A stretch of 64,000 bases of DNA from Octopus vulgaris (GCA_951406725.2 OX597828.1:64356001-64420000), one strand, 5' to 3'. Shown: positions 11,886 through 27,238, numbered from the stretch's first letter. The notes: a model not told the origin generated them from the sequence alone. A program made the numbers and translations.

Positions 11886-13081
11886 ATGTATGCATGTATG
11901 TATGCATGCATGCATGCATGTATGTATGTTTGTATGTTTGCATGTATGTATGTATCCTCACGCACCGCCTCTAGACAAACGCACATCGCAGTCAGAAACA
12001 GTTCACCATACTCATATAGATATACAAGCAAGTTTAGTACGGGGTAAATGACCACAGGTGCGCATGCAGCAAGGGGAAAGTGCATAGCCGGGTACTGGGT
12101 AGCGGATAGTTGGGGTGGGACACAGAGGCGAGTGGTGGTCGAGTGGACAAAGATATAAATTAAATTTAGAAAGTGAATCTCATTCAGAATTCATTTTGCT
12201 TTTTTTTTTCTACCTTTGATCTCCCATTTTGTATGACTGGGGGGATGTGGATGAGAGTGATATGGGGGAGGTGCAAATCAGACTATACAAAAGAATAAGA
12301 AACACTTGACCAGCGGCTAGTCGGCGGCAGCTACTACTAATACTACTACTACTACTACTAACAACATTACCCCCACTATTACAACTCTTACTACTGTGGA
12401 GGCCTGAGGCCTGGCAGCTGGCTGGAAGTGACCAGATTAGAACACCTTATCTTATTTACGCTGCTGGACTTTAGACATTAAATAAAGCACGTGACCTACA
12501 TTTATGTCGTGTGGCTTAACTGGCCAGTTATAATATATATATGTTTTTATGTTTTTCCTTTGACATTGGATCCGTCAACACCTTTGGTTAACACAAACCG
12601 CCACCCCTCCCAGCCCCGATTCCAGCTTCGCCCTTAATTGATTTATGTGCCTATTGACCAACGGTCAGTGATGATGATAGGCTGTGCTGTCATCGAGATT
12701 AGATGGATGGTGTTAGTGATGAAGGTGGTGGTGATGGGTGTGCTGCTTATGATGGTGGTGGTGCTAGTGGTGGTGGTAGTAATGGTCATCTGTGATCTGT
12801 TTGTGAGTGGGCAGAGGTGGTGAGATGGCGGGGGTGGTTTAAAGGTGATGGTCATCTGCCTTCAAGGGCGAAGCGTTTAAAGGTGTTATAGGATACTAAG
12901 TGGTCAGCTGTCATCGGAGGCAGACCTCAATGGTAGTGGGGGCATGGGGATGGTAGGAGTGACGTAGGTAAAAGTTTTATACATACTCGCGCGCACACAC
13001 ACACACACATATGCACGCACGTACGCACACATGCATAAACACATACGTGTATGCACATATGTAGCTGGATAGATAGATAGC

Positions 13082-13153
<72 letters not shown>

Positions 13154-13164
13154 GTGATTGATTT

Positions 13165-13229
<65 letters not shown>

Positions 13230-13259
13230 GTGATATGAGTGATTTATAGATAGATAGAG

Positions 13260-13319
<60 letters not shown>

Positions 13320-14256
13320 GAAAGAGTTGGTGACCAGATTCAGCAGGAGAGAGAGAGAAAGAGAGAGAGAGAGAAAGTGAAAGAGGAAATGAATGAAGAG
13401 CGGGTAGATGGGAAACAAAGGGTGGAATTTTAAGAATGAAAAAGAAGGAAACCAAATGAGAAAGGGTTGGAGGAAGATGAGTGAGGGTGTGTGGAGGAAA
13501 GACTGGAGGCTGGAGGTGCAGAACAGGGGGAAGTGAGGTGCTAGATGAAAACTTTTGAAAATAAAAGTTCATAATAATAAAAATAAAAGAAATATGAAAA
13601 GTCATCAGACGCCTGGCACGCGCTGAAGAGTCTGCTCAAGATTAATGGTGGCGGGGAGGGAGGTGCGTGTGTGTGTGTGTGTGGGGGGGTTCGTGGTGAT
13701 GATGCTGATGATTGTAATGTAGGTAGCTTGACTGCTAAGTCTAAGTGTTTTGGCTTTTAATGTCCAGGCCATTTGGTGACCAAAGGTGATAGAGGTAATG
13801 GCTGGGGGGGAGGAGGAGGGGGGCTTGAAGCAAGGACAAGACTCATGTCCAGCTGTTCCTCTTTGTAAAAGTTGTTGACTTGACTAAAAGCCAATTCGAG
13901 GTTCAAGTCGGGAGCAAACGAATCTTTATAAAGGTCGTTGTTATTGTTGGCCGTTGTGGTGGTGGTGATGGTGGCGGCGGTGATGGTGGCGGCGGTGATG
14001 GCAAAGGTGATATTGTTGTTGTTGGTATTGTGCTAATGGCTTGTTGGTCCTTAAAGGTGGCGACCTGGCGCAAGCGTTAACGTGTCGGACAAAATGCTTT
14101 GAAGCATGTCTTCTGTTTTTACATTCAAATTTGCCTTTCTTCCTTTCGGAAGCACCAGTCGATTTGGTCGATTAAAGGCGGTGCTCCAGCATGACGGCAG
14201 TCAAATGACTGAAACAAGTAAAAGAATAAAAGAATATATATATAAATACATATATA

Positions 14257-14392
<136 letters not shown>

Positions 14393-14411
14393 ATATGTAT
14401 ACACACACTCA

Positions 14412-15645
14412 CACACACACAAATATATATATATATATAACAGAAGTTAATAGACACTCTTATAGCCATTAAAATATCTTTAAATCTGAGATTATACATT
14501 CCAATTATTTATCAATTTTATAATGAGAATATTTAATATTTAGCAGACGTGCCCTTTGCATTTTTCCATGCAAGGACCCAATTAGGCATATTACTGATCA
14601 GATGACGAATATTCACTTGCGGAATTTCTTGCCAAGTTTCATGTAGTAATCTAAAAAAGTCTGGCTTTTAAGATGCTTTCTTTCTTTTATGAAGTGTCCT
14701 GGCCATTATGGTCCAGAGGTGTTTAATAGAGTTCATATCTGGCGACTGGTTTGGCCATGGAAGCTTTTTAATGTCATTCTCTTCCAACCAATCATGGGTC
14801 ATTTTAACCGTGTGACAAGGAGCCCCATCTTCCATAAAGAGTCTTCTTTAATGATTTCACCACCGGAGAAAATTGAAAGGTGTTCTTTCTGCAAGATAGA
14901 CACGTATTTACTTGAGTTTATGTTTCCCTCACAATCCACCAGCTCTGATCAACCATTGCTTCAAATTGCTCCCCAGACCATCACAGAATAGCTGCTGTGT
15001 TTCATTGTTGGCTGCAATCTTTTCACAACAAATTCTGGATCACAGGGTCTCCAGACCCACTCTCGACCACTGTCAGGAAACACAGCAAATCTGGACTCAT
15101 CAGAGAATATCACATTGTCCTGAAATGCTAGTGGCATCTCCACTATCTCACTAGCCCAATATTTTCTCCGCTTGATATTGGCTGCTCAAAGAAGTGGCTG
15201 CTCTGCCATAGTAACCAAATTTGTGGAGATACCTGACAGCTGTTCTGGGATTGACATCAGCTTGTTCTACTATGTCAGAGGCCTCGTAACGGGGATTATC
15301 CTCCCCACTTCTCTTAACAGATCTGGTTGATCTGGGTGAGGTGATGTGGACTCCTTCCCCTCACTGGTGAATTGCACAATCACTCTATTAACTGTGGAAA
15401 GCGGGATTTCAAGTTTGTCTGCGATTTTACGCTGACAATGTCTACCTTCAGAATGACCAACACGATACGGCCCTTTTGAAAATCAAATAGTTCTAAGGGT
15501 CCTTTTGTTCATGGAATGATTAAACAGTTTCATATAAACCTGAAACATTAAAATGTCAATTAATAAAAAATATAAACGTTTGCAAGTTAGAATACACATA
15601 AAACGATGTTTTATGTAGTGTCTATTTACTCCTGATATGTGTGTG
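14412..15645 (-). mobile_element. Decayed Tc1-family (DD34E) transposon
   Basis: TIR cores CAGAAGTTAATAGACACT (14441-14458) and AGTGTCTATTTACTCCTG (15617-15634). Transposase remnants 15512 to about 14533: IADKLEIPLSTVNRV, VIFSDESRF, SVMVWGAI, MEDGAPCHT...WPNQSPDMNSIKHLW (34-residue spacing, E changed to K). Confidence 0.88.
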
Positions 15646-15741
15646 TATGTGTGTGTGTGTGTGTGCGTGCGTTTGTGTATATATATACATATACATATAT
15701 ATATATATATATATATATGTATATGTATATGTATATGTATA

Positions 15742-16068
15742 TAGGAGCACTCCGTCGGTTACGACGACGAGGGTCCCAGCTGATACGATCAACGGAACAG
15801 CCTGCTCGTGAAATTAACGTGCAAGTGGCTGAGCACTCCACAGACACGTGTACCCTTAACGTAGTTCTCAGGGAGATTCAGCGTGACACAGTGTGTGACA
15901 AGGCCGGCCCTTTGAAATACAGGTACAACTCATTTTTGCCAGCTGAGTGGACTGGAGCAACATGAAATAAAGTGTCTTGCTCAAGGACACAACGCGTCGC
16001 TTGGAATCGAACTCATGACCTTACAATCGTGAGCCGAATGCCCTAACCACTAAGCCACGCGCCTTCAC
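15742..16068 (-). mobile_element. Full-length tRNA-headed SINE, family C (my label)
   Basis: Head GAAGGCGCGTGGCTTAGTGGTTAGG (A box), GAGTTCGATTCC (B box), TCCTTGAGCAAGACACTT core; related decayed copies near 17740-17918, 37863-38100 and 60600-60848. Confidence 0.85.
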
Positions 16069-16081
16069 ATGTATATGTATA

Positions 16082-16206
<125 letters not shown>

Positions 16207-16336
16207 CTTGCTTCCCAATCACATGGTTCCAGGTTCAGTCCCACTGCGTGACACCTTGGGCAAGTGTCTTCTACTATAGCCTCGGGCTGGCCAAATCTTT
16301 GTGAATGGATCTGGTAGACAGAAACCGAAGTCCGTC

Positions 16337-16368
<32 letters not shown>

Positions 16369-16374
<6 letters not shown>

Positions 16375-17204
16375 AGATAGGGTTTGTAAATTCAACCCTC
16401 CATGGGATAACATATATCCAATATACTGCTAGAGAAGTACCCAACAAAGCTAATACATAAATGTTAAAAATTGCGATGCAATTAATTCATTTACTGTATT
16501 ATGTGGGCAAAGGTAAAATTATTTTTACCGTAAATTAATAATACAAAATGAGAAAATGCAGAAATATATCTAAATCAATCATCAACTATCAGATAATACC
16601 CAATCAATACTTTATTAAACCACTACACAATAGCAATGATATTATACATTAATATAGTACAAATATAACAAGACATAGAAATAGAGATAGAAATACATTT
16701 ACACTGTAGCTGACAGCTGTTTCGGCCGTGAAGACAGGTATGTCTCATTTAACCTATTAGCCATATAAAGCAGGTATAAATGAGACATTAACAAGAATAT
16801 CTCACGGCCTCTTCAGAGATTTTAATGCAAGTATGAGTACAAATCCTAAAAAATTTATATATAAATATAAATATGTGTGCATACACACTCATATTCTTAC
16901 ATATATATATATATATATACACAATAATACAATATAAACAATATAGATCAATATACATCAACAAACACAATAATGTTCCATATTGAACTCCACAGCTCCT
17001 CAACCAACATCAAGAAACCACAACAGATACACTCACACTCAAAGCAGGCATATATATTAAACAGTCCAATATATTAAAATGTGTCATTTCACAAAAAGTC
17101 AATAAAATTAATATCACTACGACGGTACCATCCAATGCAAGCGGACATCCGCATATATACGCAATCCATGATTGATTTAGATATATTTCTCCATTTTCTC
17201 ATTT

Positions 17205-17209
<5 letters not shown>
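16369..17209 (-). mobile_element. Penelope-like pLTR-type non-coding insertion with a hammerhead and a short inverted arm
   Basis: Homologous to about 50620-51166 in the opposite orientation; 16541-16582 is repeated inverted at 17168-17209; (TA)n on both flanks. Confidence 0.7.
16708..16820 (-). ncRNA. Type I hammerhead ribozyme with extended stem II
   Basis: ATCT-CTGAAGA-GGCCGTGA...TCACGGCC-GAAAC-AGCT-GTC-AGCT; inner hairpin ATGTCTCATTTA/TAAATGAGACAT. Confidence 0.78.
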
Positions 17210-17243
<34 letters not shown>

Positions 17244-17504
17244 GTATTTGTGCTTGTCTCCCATCATCGCTTGACAACCGATGTTAGTGTATTTACGTCC
17301 AAGTAACTTAGCGGTTCAGCAAAAGAGACCGGTAGAATAAGTACTAGACTTACAAAGAATAAATCCTGGGCTCGATTTCTTCGACTAAAGGCGATGCTCC
17401 AGCATGGCCGCAGTCAAATGAACACACACATAATTGATGGGGGAAATGGTAAATGGATTTGGTACGAATCTTTATTCAACTTTGAATAAACATTCTTACC
17501 AAAT

Positions 17505-17535
<31 letters not shown>

Positions 17536-18061
17536 TGTATGCATGTATGTATGTATGTATGTATGTATGTATGTATGTATGTATGTATGTATAGATGGAT
17601 AATTAGATAGATAGTTAGATAGATAGAGAGAGAGAGAGAGAGAGGGAGAGGGAAGAGAAAATGCGAGAAGGGGAGAGAGGGATGAAAGTTTCTTCGCGAA
17701 CTGTAGAGTTAAAGGGCCGGTTTCCTGGATCCTGTGGTATATATATTCCCCACATGGGGCTGGACTCCCGATTAACTCCTTTTTGCCACTTGAGTGGACG
17801 GGTGCAACGGGAAAGGAGATGTTTTGCTGAAGAGCACGAAACGCCACCCGATCCAAGAATCGAAATCAAAATCTTACGATCATGAGTCCATCAGGCTAAC
17901 CATTCAACCACGGGCCTCTACACACACGCAGACACACAAACACACTCAAGCACGTACGCATGCAGGCACGCACGCAAACGCACTTTTACCTGCGAACGTG
18001 CATACGAAAGGAGACAGGTAGAGAGATAGATGAATAAATGGATAGAGGTGCGTATATGTAT

Positions 18062-18094
<33 letters not shown>

Positions 18095-18194
18095 TGTATG
18101 TATATATGTATGAATGTATGTATGCATGTATGTATGCGTGCATATATCTATATCTATCTATCCGTGTGTCTGTTTTTTTATCTCTGTACCCCAG

Positions 18195-18325
<131 letters not shown>

Positions 18326-18423
18326 TATGTATATACGTATACCAAGTTACGAACTTGATTTCGGGTGCCGGCAATGTCATACACACACACACACGCATAT
18401 ATCTGCATATAGACAGATATATG

Positions 18424-18557
<134 letters not shown>

Positions 18558-18693
18558 TTTTAATTAAATGACCTGCATCTCCGTCATGATTTTCCGAATA
18601 TATGCATAAATATGCACGCACATATGCGTATATATTTATATATATATATATATATGTATGTATGTAGATATAATATATATAGTATATATATAT

Positions 18694-18743
<50 letters not shown>

Positions 18744-18777
18744 ATACATATGTGTGTGTATCTACGTATGTACACAC

Positions 18778-18958
18778 CTGCGCAAACAGCCATATTAGGT
18801 TGCTCTCTTGGGATATGAAGCAGCTGATAGTAATATAAGGGTGGGAACAGGGTGGTAGTGAGAGACATATCTGAAACTGACAAAATAAAGGGGTTTAAGT
18901 CTGCAAATGGTAGAAACCCATGGGCGGTGTAGGACCCACCCGCATGCTGCAACACACC
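18778..18958 (-). other. Candidate exon (181 bp)
   Basis: CTCAG| acceptor, CAG|GTGTGT donor, unique sequence between microsatellites, one open frame (GVLQHAGG...NMAVCA). Confidence 0.3.
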
Positions 18959-19300
18959 CTGAGATATGCACACACGGACAAAATCCAAATTACTTGTTCT
19001 CTTTTTATCCTTATCTTTATCAGTTTTATTATTAACACTCTTAGTAGTTATCATTATTAGTATTATTGTTGTTTTTGCTATTATTTGTATTAAGAATACA
19101 GTTGTTTTTGTCAGTATTATCGTTGTTATCATTTTTACTATTATTAATATTATTATTATTGCTGTTACCATACTCATCATCATCATCATCGTTATAACGT
19201 TGTTGTTTTCATTATTTATCGTAATTTTTTTAGATATTATATTTTCATGTGTGTCTTTCTCTCTTTTCATCAAAGTTTGCCATTTACATTTTAACCTTCC

Positions 19301-19341
<41 letters not shown>

Positions 19342-19349
19342 TAATAATG

Positions 19350-19478
<129 letters not shown>

Positions 19479-19967
19479 TTTATTCGTTATTTTTGAGTTG
19501 TTGTGCTTGTTGTTCTTGAGATAACGATCGTGATGATCTTTGGCGGGCATCGTACTGAGGTGGTTAAAGTTTATGGTGACTACTGTGATTGAGATCATGT
19601 GAAACAGGAAAATATATATATATATGTGTGTCTGTGTGTGTGTATACATACATACATACATACATACATACATACATACATACATACATACATACATACA
19701 TTCATTCATATATACATACATACATTCATATATACATACATACATACAGACGTATGTATATATATGTTTACATATGCTTAATATATATATTATATATAGT
19801 ATAGCCGCAGACGCCACATGGTTCCGAATTCAGCGCCACTGCATGGCATCTTCGGCAAGTGTCTTCCACTATGACCTCGAACCAAACAAAGCCTTGTGAA
19901 TGGAATTGGTAAACGGAAACGGAAAGAAACCCATCGTATGTATACATATACATACATAAATACATAT

Positions 19968-20069
<102 letters not shown>

Positions 20070-20221
20070 CCCAGTCCTTTTTTTGACCTGGTGCTTATTC
20101 TATGTAATATATATATAAATATGTATGTAATATATATATAGAGAAATATATATATATATATATATACACATGTATATGTAGATGTGCATATATGTATACT
20201 TATATATACATATATATATAC

Positions 20222-20275
<54 letters not shown>

Positions 20276-20306
20276 GTGTGTATATATTTATATATATATA
20301 CATATA

Positions 20307-20372
<66 letters not shown>

Positions 20373-20595
20373 CGAAAAAAATGTTTATCAATGGCCAGCA
20401 TATTAAAAGATACCTTTAAAGGTTAAATTATAAACAACTTATAAATAAGGGCAAACGAAAAAGTTTCTAATGCCAAATATACCGAAAATTGGACACATTG
20501 TCCATATATATATATATATATATATGTAGATGTGTATATATATATATACAAATATTTCTATATGCATATACATATCTATATGTATATATAAATAC

Positions 20596-20646
<51 letters not shown>

Positions 20647-20745
20647 CATAACATAGGATAAGTACCGGGTCCAAAAAGTACTGGAGGCAATATTTGTTCG
20701 ACTGATATTTTCCAAGGGTCCGCTCTAATGACAGAAACAACAGAA

Positions 20746-20801
<56 letters not shown>

Positions 20802-20861
20802 TTAGCGGTTCGGCAAAATAGACCGATAGAATAAGTACTGGGCTTACAAAGAATAAGTATG

Positions 20862-20892
<31 letters not shown>

Positions 20893-22098
20893 GATAAACA
20901 CGCACGCACAAACACACACACGCACACACACATATGTATGCTTGTATGTATTCATATATGCAGGCGTATATATTCCTGCCCATTGGGTTTTATCAGCACA
21001 GCAGTACTTCAAAGCACTGAGTTCATATCTCGCTGATTTCAACTTCTGCTTTTCATTCTTTCGTGATTCTGATGGATTAATGGGACTATTAGAAAACGGA
21101 TTAACGTGGGTGTTAATAGATCGGATATGGTACCTCAAAGTGTTGGTTATTGCTTATATATGGAGGAGACAATAACTTGTCATTTCCTCCATATCTAGGC
21201 TACATCCAACGTTTAGTAATCGCACAATGGAGGAGCGCACTTTTTGATTCAAGTCTGATGAAGTGATTCTGTAATGCTTAAAACGACCTAACTTTTTTCT
21301 TATGGCGCTTTTGCGTGTTGTGGCGTTAAAAGCAGATTGGTCCCGAAACAATTGTAACTGGTAATTAAAGATATTCTAAATTCTTTCTTCGCCTTTATTA
21401 TTTTGTCTTATATGGATTATATATTCACGAGACCCAAACACTAGATTTACCGATATAAATAGCCACGAGGTCGGATTGCGAGCTGCAACGGGAATATTCC
21501 AGTTTTCTAACATACTAAGCCCGTCGTATGTGTGTGTCTTTGTGTCTGTCTTTGTCACCTCCTCACCGGCAAAAAGGGACCGATAGACTAGGTACTATGC
21601 TTTAAAATAAGTCCTGGGGTCGACATGTTCGACTAAATTCCTTTAAAGCGGTGCTCCAGCAGGGCTGCAGTCAAAATGACTGAAACCAGTAAAAGAATAA
21701 AGGAATAAAAGAATATATATATTTCGCATTCCACTATGAAGCGGTGCACGGTACCAGAATTTTCGCTCCGAATCAAATATAAGAAACTACGTCAAATCGT
21801 TTTTTGAGTATCCGCATCAATGGAGTTTTGATGACATCGAGTCGTTTTAGTTATAATAATGAAATCCTACAAATGAATGGTATTTTGAAATCGTTTGATA
21901 CGTACGTCGAAGGTTTGCTTAATACTCAATAGGGAATGCATCCATTACGTAAACGTTCTTCACTTAAAGCATTTCAAAAATATAGGCAGAACGTTTATGT
22001 AATGGATGCACATCCAACAAAATATTACGCAAAGCTGAAACGTACGTAGTTAAATCATTTCAAAATACCGCAATTTACTTCGCCTTCATTGTTAAAAT

Positions 22099-22148
<50 letters not shown>

Positions 22149-22166
22149 CCATCCATCCATCCATCC

Positions 22167-22238
<72 letters not shown>

Positions 22239-22260
22239 CTAATCCTCTAAGTGCTCTTAC

Positions 22261-22586
22261 CATATGCTGATTGCATCGAGTCTCCTCTCCTGCCGATCCA
22301 TGGTTCTTGATCGTAGTGTCCTGTTTTATCTTCTCTAACATTCGCCTCCCCACTCCTTTCACTATTATTATTAACTACATATGATGCAATATATGATGAT
22401 AAGCGACGAACTAGCAACGGACGGAATACTTTCAATTTTTCAGGTGGGGTTTGGGTCGAAAATGTGCTTCCGGTGTTCGAATTCTGTCATGACCTACTTG
22501 TGAGGTGAGGTACTTTGAGAGTCGATAGCGATGTCCCATCAATCTCGTAAGCTTTATGGAGTGTTAAAGGCATAACTTCCTTCAGT
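22261..22586 (-). other. Candidate exon (326 bp), stops in all frames in its 5' part, so UTR-like or non-coding
   Basis: Strong acceptor TTTTTGTTTCTTTTTCCAG| and donor ATG|GTAAGA. Confidence 0.4.
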
Positions 22587-23861
22587 CTGGAAAAAGAAAC
22601 AAAAACACCTTCTTTTTAACTAAATTCATAAGACACAATTGTAAAACAGTCCATGTGAGTGGCATAATAATGGTTAGAGAGTTGGATACACGGTCTACTA
22701 GAATTAGTTTCGTTCTTTCAAGAACTGAGTTCAATATCTACGCATGACAAGTTTGTCAATTATCCTTCCGATATCACAATTAGATTCCAGTGGATACAAT
22801 TAGTATTTAAACTATAAACGGCTAGACTCTAGAAGACGGTGCTCCAGCATGGCTGTGGTTCAAAGATTGAAATTAACATGATAAATTAATAATATCGGTT
22901 GTACATTTGGAAAAAATAAAAAAAAGTACCAGTTAAATACTGGGGTTCGTAAGATTAATTCTTGATGATTAGTGGCTTATATCGCTGTCGTTAAGGAACA
23001 CAGATTTGGATCGGTTGATCGTCAGCTAATTAAACTGCAATACAGACACACAGAGATTAAATTACGAAGCTTAATGAAGGTATTTGTACACAATGACAAA
23101 CTATTTAATTGAAAGTGTGTTTGTTTGTCATTCTTTGCAATTGTGTGTGCGTGTGTGTGTATGTGTAGTTGTGTGTATAAAATAATTATATATATTATAA
23201 TAATTATAATTTCATTATATAAAACGTGTAAGTGCGTTATCATTGAATTTCTCAACTCCTCATGTGTTTGTATGTATATATATATATATATATATGCGTG
23301 TAGGAGAGAGAGAGAGACAGACGGAGAGAGAAAAAAACGGGTAGGTATCCGGGTGTTTGATGAGGAGACGCGTGCGTGTGTGGGCGTGTATTTGGTCGGT
23401 GTTAGCACTTGTTAGCCAGTGGTTTTAAGTGAAAATGGCTCACGTCTGCATACGTACTAATTTGTGCATGGGTGGAACTGTGCACAGGCCTGGTCACGTG
23501 CCTTGACACGTGTTTAAATTCAATTTATAGTCTATGGCGGTCTTTCTGGTGTTTCTCTTGTTCTTTTTATAATTCTTGGTTTTTGTTTTTTCCGTTTTTA
23601 TTCTTTATTAGTTTTTGGTTTCTAATTTACTTTTTTTTCTTTTTCCCTTTTTAAATGGGTTTGTGGTGAGATGATGTTGTTTCACGGCAGACGACCCTTA
23701 GACATCCCGATCTGCCCTTGTCTATATTTGATGGACATTTATTTACTTATTTCGGCCCCTTTTTCCTTTTTCATCACATGGAATTAAATGAAGCGAAAAT
23801 AATGGAAGTTAAAAGAGAGAAAGAGAGAAAAAAACAACATTCCTCCGGATTATATTTACAT

Positions 23862-23936
<75 letters not shown>

Positions 23937-24138
23937 AAAAGCAGTGAGCTGGTAGAATCTTTATCGCGCTGAGTATAGTTTTCAGCGGCATTTCTTCCGA
24001 CTTTACTTTCTGAGTTCAAATGCCACAGGGGTGGATTTTTCCTTTCATCCTTTCGGGGTCGATAAAATAAGTTCTAGTTAATTAGTGAGGTCGGTACAAT
24101 CGACTTACCCCCTCCCTCGAAACTGCTCACCCTGTGCC

Positions 24139-24219
<81 letters not shown>

Positions 24220-24229
24220 CATTATTATT

Positions 24230-24740
24230 GAGTGAGAGGGCAGTATATGCCATCAAAGTGACGCTGGGGTATAAATATGCGAGGCTCAATATACCCATCA
24301 TGGCTAACATCTGATCAGGGTACCCCAGGCAGATGCATCACAATCATGTGTGCGTGATATAGTGACTTCATAACAAGATAAAGAGCGCATGGCCTTGTTG
24401 ATGGGGTGCAGTTAGAATTTTCTTCGGGTCGAGTAACCCATCCGCTGAAAAGGTCCCTGAATAAGGGTTGTTTAAGGATGATGAACGAAACGCTGATGTT
24501 TCTAGGGGTGGATTATTCAAACTACAAAGAATCCCTCTCAACACATAGCTATGATACTCCTCCTCTACTCCTGCCCGTGGTCAGAGATATACTTATCGTC
24601 AACCACGAAGAGATTTGCTCAACTGGTGAAGGTCAAGCAAGGGACAAGCAAATCTGAGGCATTGACCAGAATATTTGCTGTAGCCTATCTTTTACTCATG
24701 CACAAGATAACACTTCCAATCAGAAGTCATGCCTAGTACT
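24230..24740 (-). mobile_element. Dispersed repeat family D (SINE- or LINE-3'-like), ending in (AAT)n
   Basis: Second partial copy at 10705-10841; its 3' end abuts a (TAA)n run. Confidence 0.6.
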
Positions 24741-25000
24741 GCATCAGCGCAGGGTTCCTCGATTATCCTTAGAAGTCATCCTCTATCAGGAGGGATACAT
24801 CTCTATCATCCTTCCCCATTTGTAAAAACATTTCTATATTATGTATACATCCCTTACTTTTTATTGTGTACCGTGTATACTTACATTTTTTTAATATAAT
24901 TATTTAATCATTTCATTATATGTAAAGCTCACACTTTATGTCTTGTCTTTGTATTGTCCCCCCACCCATCCTTCGCTCTGGTGGCAAATAAATGAAATCC

Positions 25001-25046
<46 letters not shown>

Positions 25047-25871
25047 CCGTTGTTGTTGTTATTGTCTTTGTGGCAAAGTAAGCACTCTATGTTATCGTCC
25101 TTGATATGCCCGGAAGCTTTGATGGGTTATCGACCTTATTTTTGAACGTTCACAAATTATTAATTTCTCTCTTCGTTTTACTCGCTCTTAATGCCCGGTG
25201 ATTTCCTATGCCAGTCTTTGCCTTGTCCCCAAAAGCCTTGACCCTGTGCAGCCAATAAAATAAATCCTTATTATTGTTATTATACATTTGCTCTTTTAAT
25301 TATGTCCTCCCACTGCGCTGTTTATCATCAAAAGGATTCTTTCTAGTTTCCGTCCCTACATTCCAGTTATCTCCATTTCAGGAACCTTATGTCTCAATTT
25401 ACAATCAGATTACATCCCATACAATAGACTACTTCTTGTTATAGTGTTTAGGGAAGTCCTTAAAGGGGTGAAGGAACAGGTTGAAGAGAGAATTAAGCAT
25501 AAACATTTTGTCATAAGATCCAATACAATAAATCCCAGTTTGTCATAATGTATGGCGTGGTCCTTACTTGGATAAAAGATCGATGTATCTGGAGCGCCTG
25601 CGTCCAAGAACCCCAATTAAATTAATAAATTGTGTGTTGGATCTAATTTATAGGATCTGAGCTGACCTGGTGATTGTGGCGATGGGGAAAAACAAGAAAC
25701 CCAGCAAAAGCAACAGCAGGGTCGATAAATAAAGTAGCAGTTCAGGATCGGTGGATGGAGGGACAGTAGGAACGTCGGAGAGAATAATTTGTGCTGTTTG
25801 TTCTGGCTATTTGCATTCTAAGTTCAAATCCAACCATGGCCTACTCGGATGACAGACTTAATTCGTCGCCC

Positions 25872-26038
25872 ATCAGGGCCAGGATTCCGGTCTGAAAATA
25901 CCTTCTCTCACACGTCTAACCCAGAGGCTCTGGAACCGGTTACAGGTACATTTATCAGGGCCAGGATTCCGGTCTGAAAATACCTTCTCTCACACGTCTA
26001 ACCCAGAGGCTCTGGAACCGGTTACAGGTACATTTATC
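25872..26038. repeat. Perfect 82-bp tandem duplication
   Basis: ATCAGGGCCAGGATTCCGG...CAGGTACATTT starts at 25872 and again at 25954. Confidence 0.95.
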
Positions 26039-26279
26039 CCCTTGGCTAAAAAGATTAAACAGAGAAACAAGAACCAATAACAACAAGAAAAACAATTGCA
26101 TCAACAATACTAACAGCAACAATGACACGTGGAGAAAGAGAAAGGAAGAACGAGAGAGAGAGAGAGAAACACATAGAGAGAGAGTGTGTGTGTGAGAGAA
26201 AGAGTGAGAGAGAGAGAGAGAAAGAGGGAGAGAGAGAGAGAGTGTGTGTGTGAGAGGAAGAGTGAGAGAGAGAGAGAAA

Positions 26280-26329
<50 letters not shown>

Positions 26330-26539
26330 ATGAGAGAGCCAGGACAGTATTTCTTCGGCTGATATTAGAAACGTTAGCAAGTCGGGCAAAATGTTTCGCG
26401 CCATTTCGTCTGTCTTTTGCGTTCTGAGTTCAAATTCGAACGAGGTTGATTTTGCTTTTTATCCTGTCGAAGTCAATTAAGCACTAGGGTTGATGTGATC
26501 GACTACTTCTCTCCCTCCAAAGTTCATGCCGTGTGACTT

Positions 26540-27090
<551 letters not shown>

Positions 27091-27101
27091 GTTATTACTA
27101 T

Positions 27102-27186
<85 letters not shown>

Positions 27187-27238
27187 GTTGTTACTATTGC
27201 TGTTGCTATTGTTATTATTATTATTGATAATAATGTCG

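Noticed and set aside
15980-16068. tRNA genes at SINE heads (also 37370-37436)
   Set aside because: A and B boxes are present but there is no closing acceptor stem; they continue into SINE bodies.
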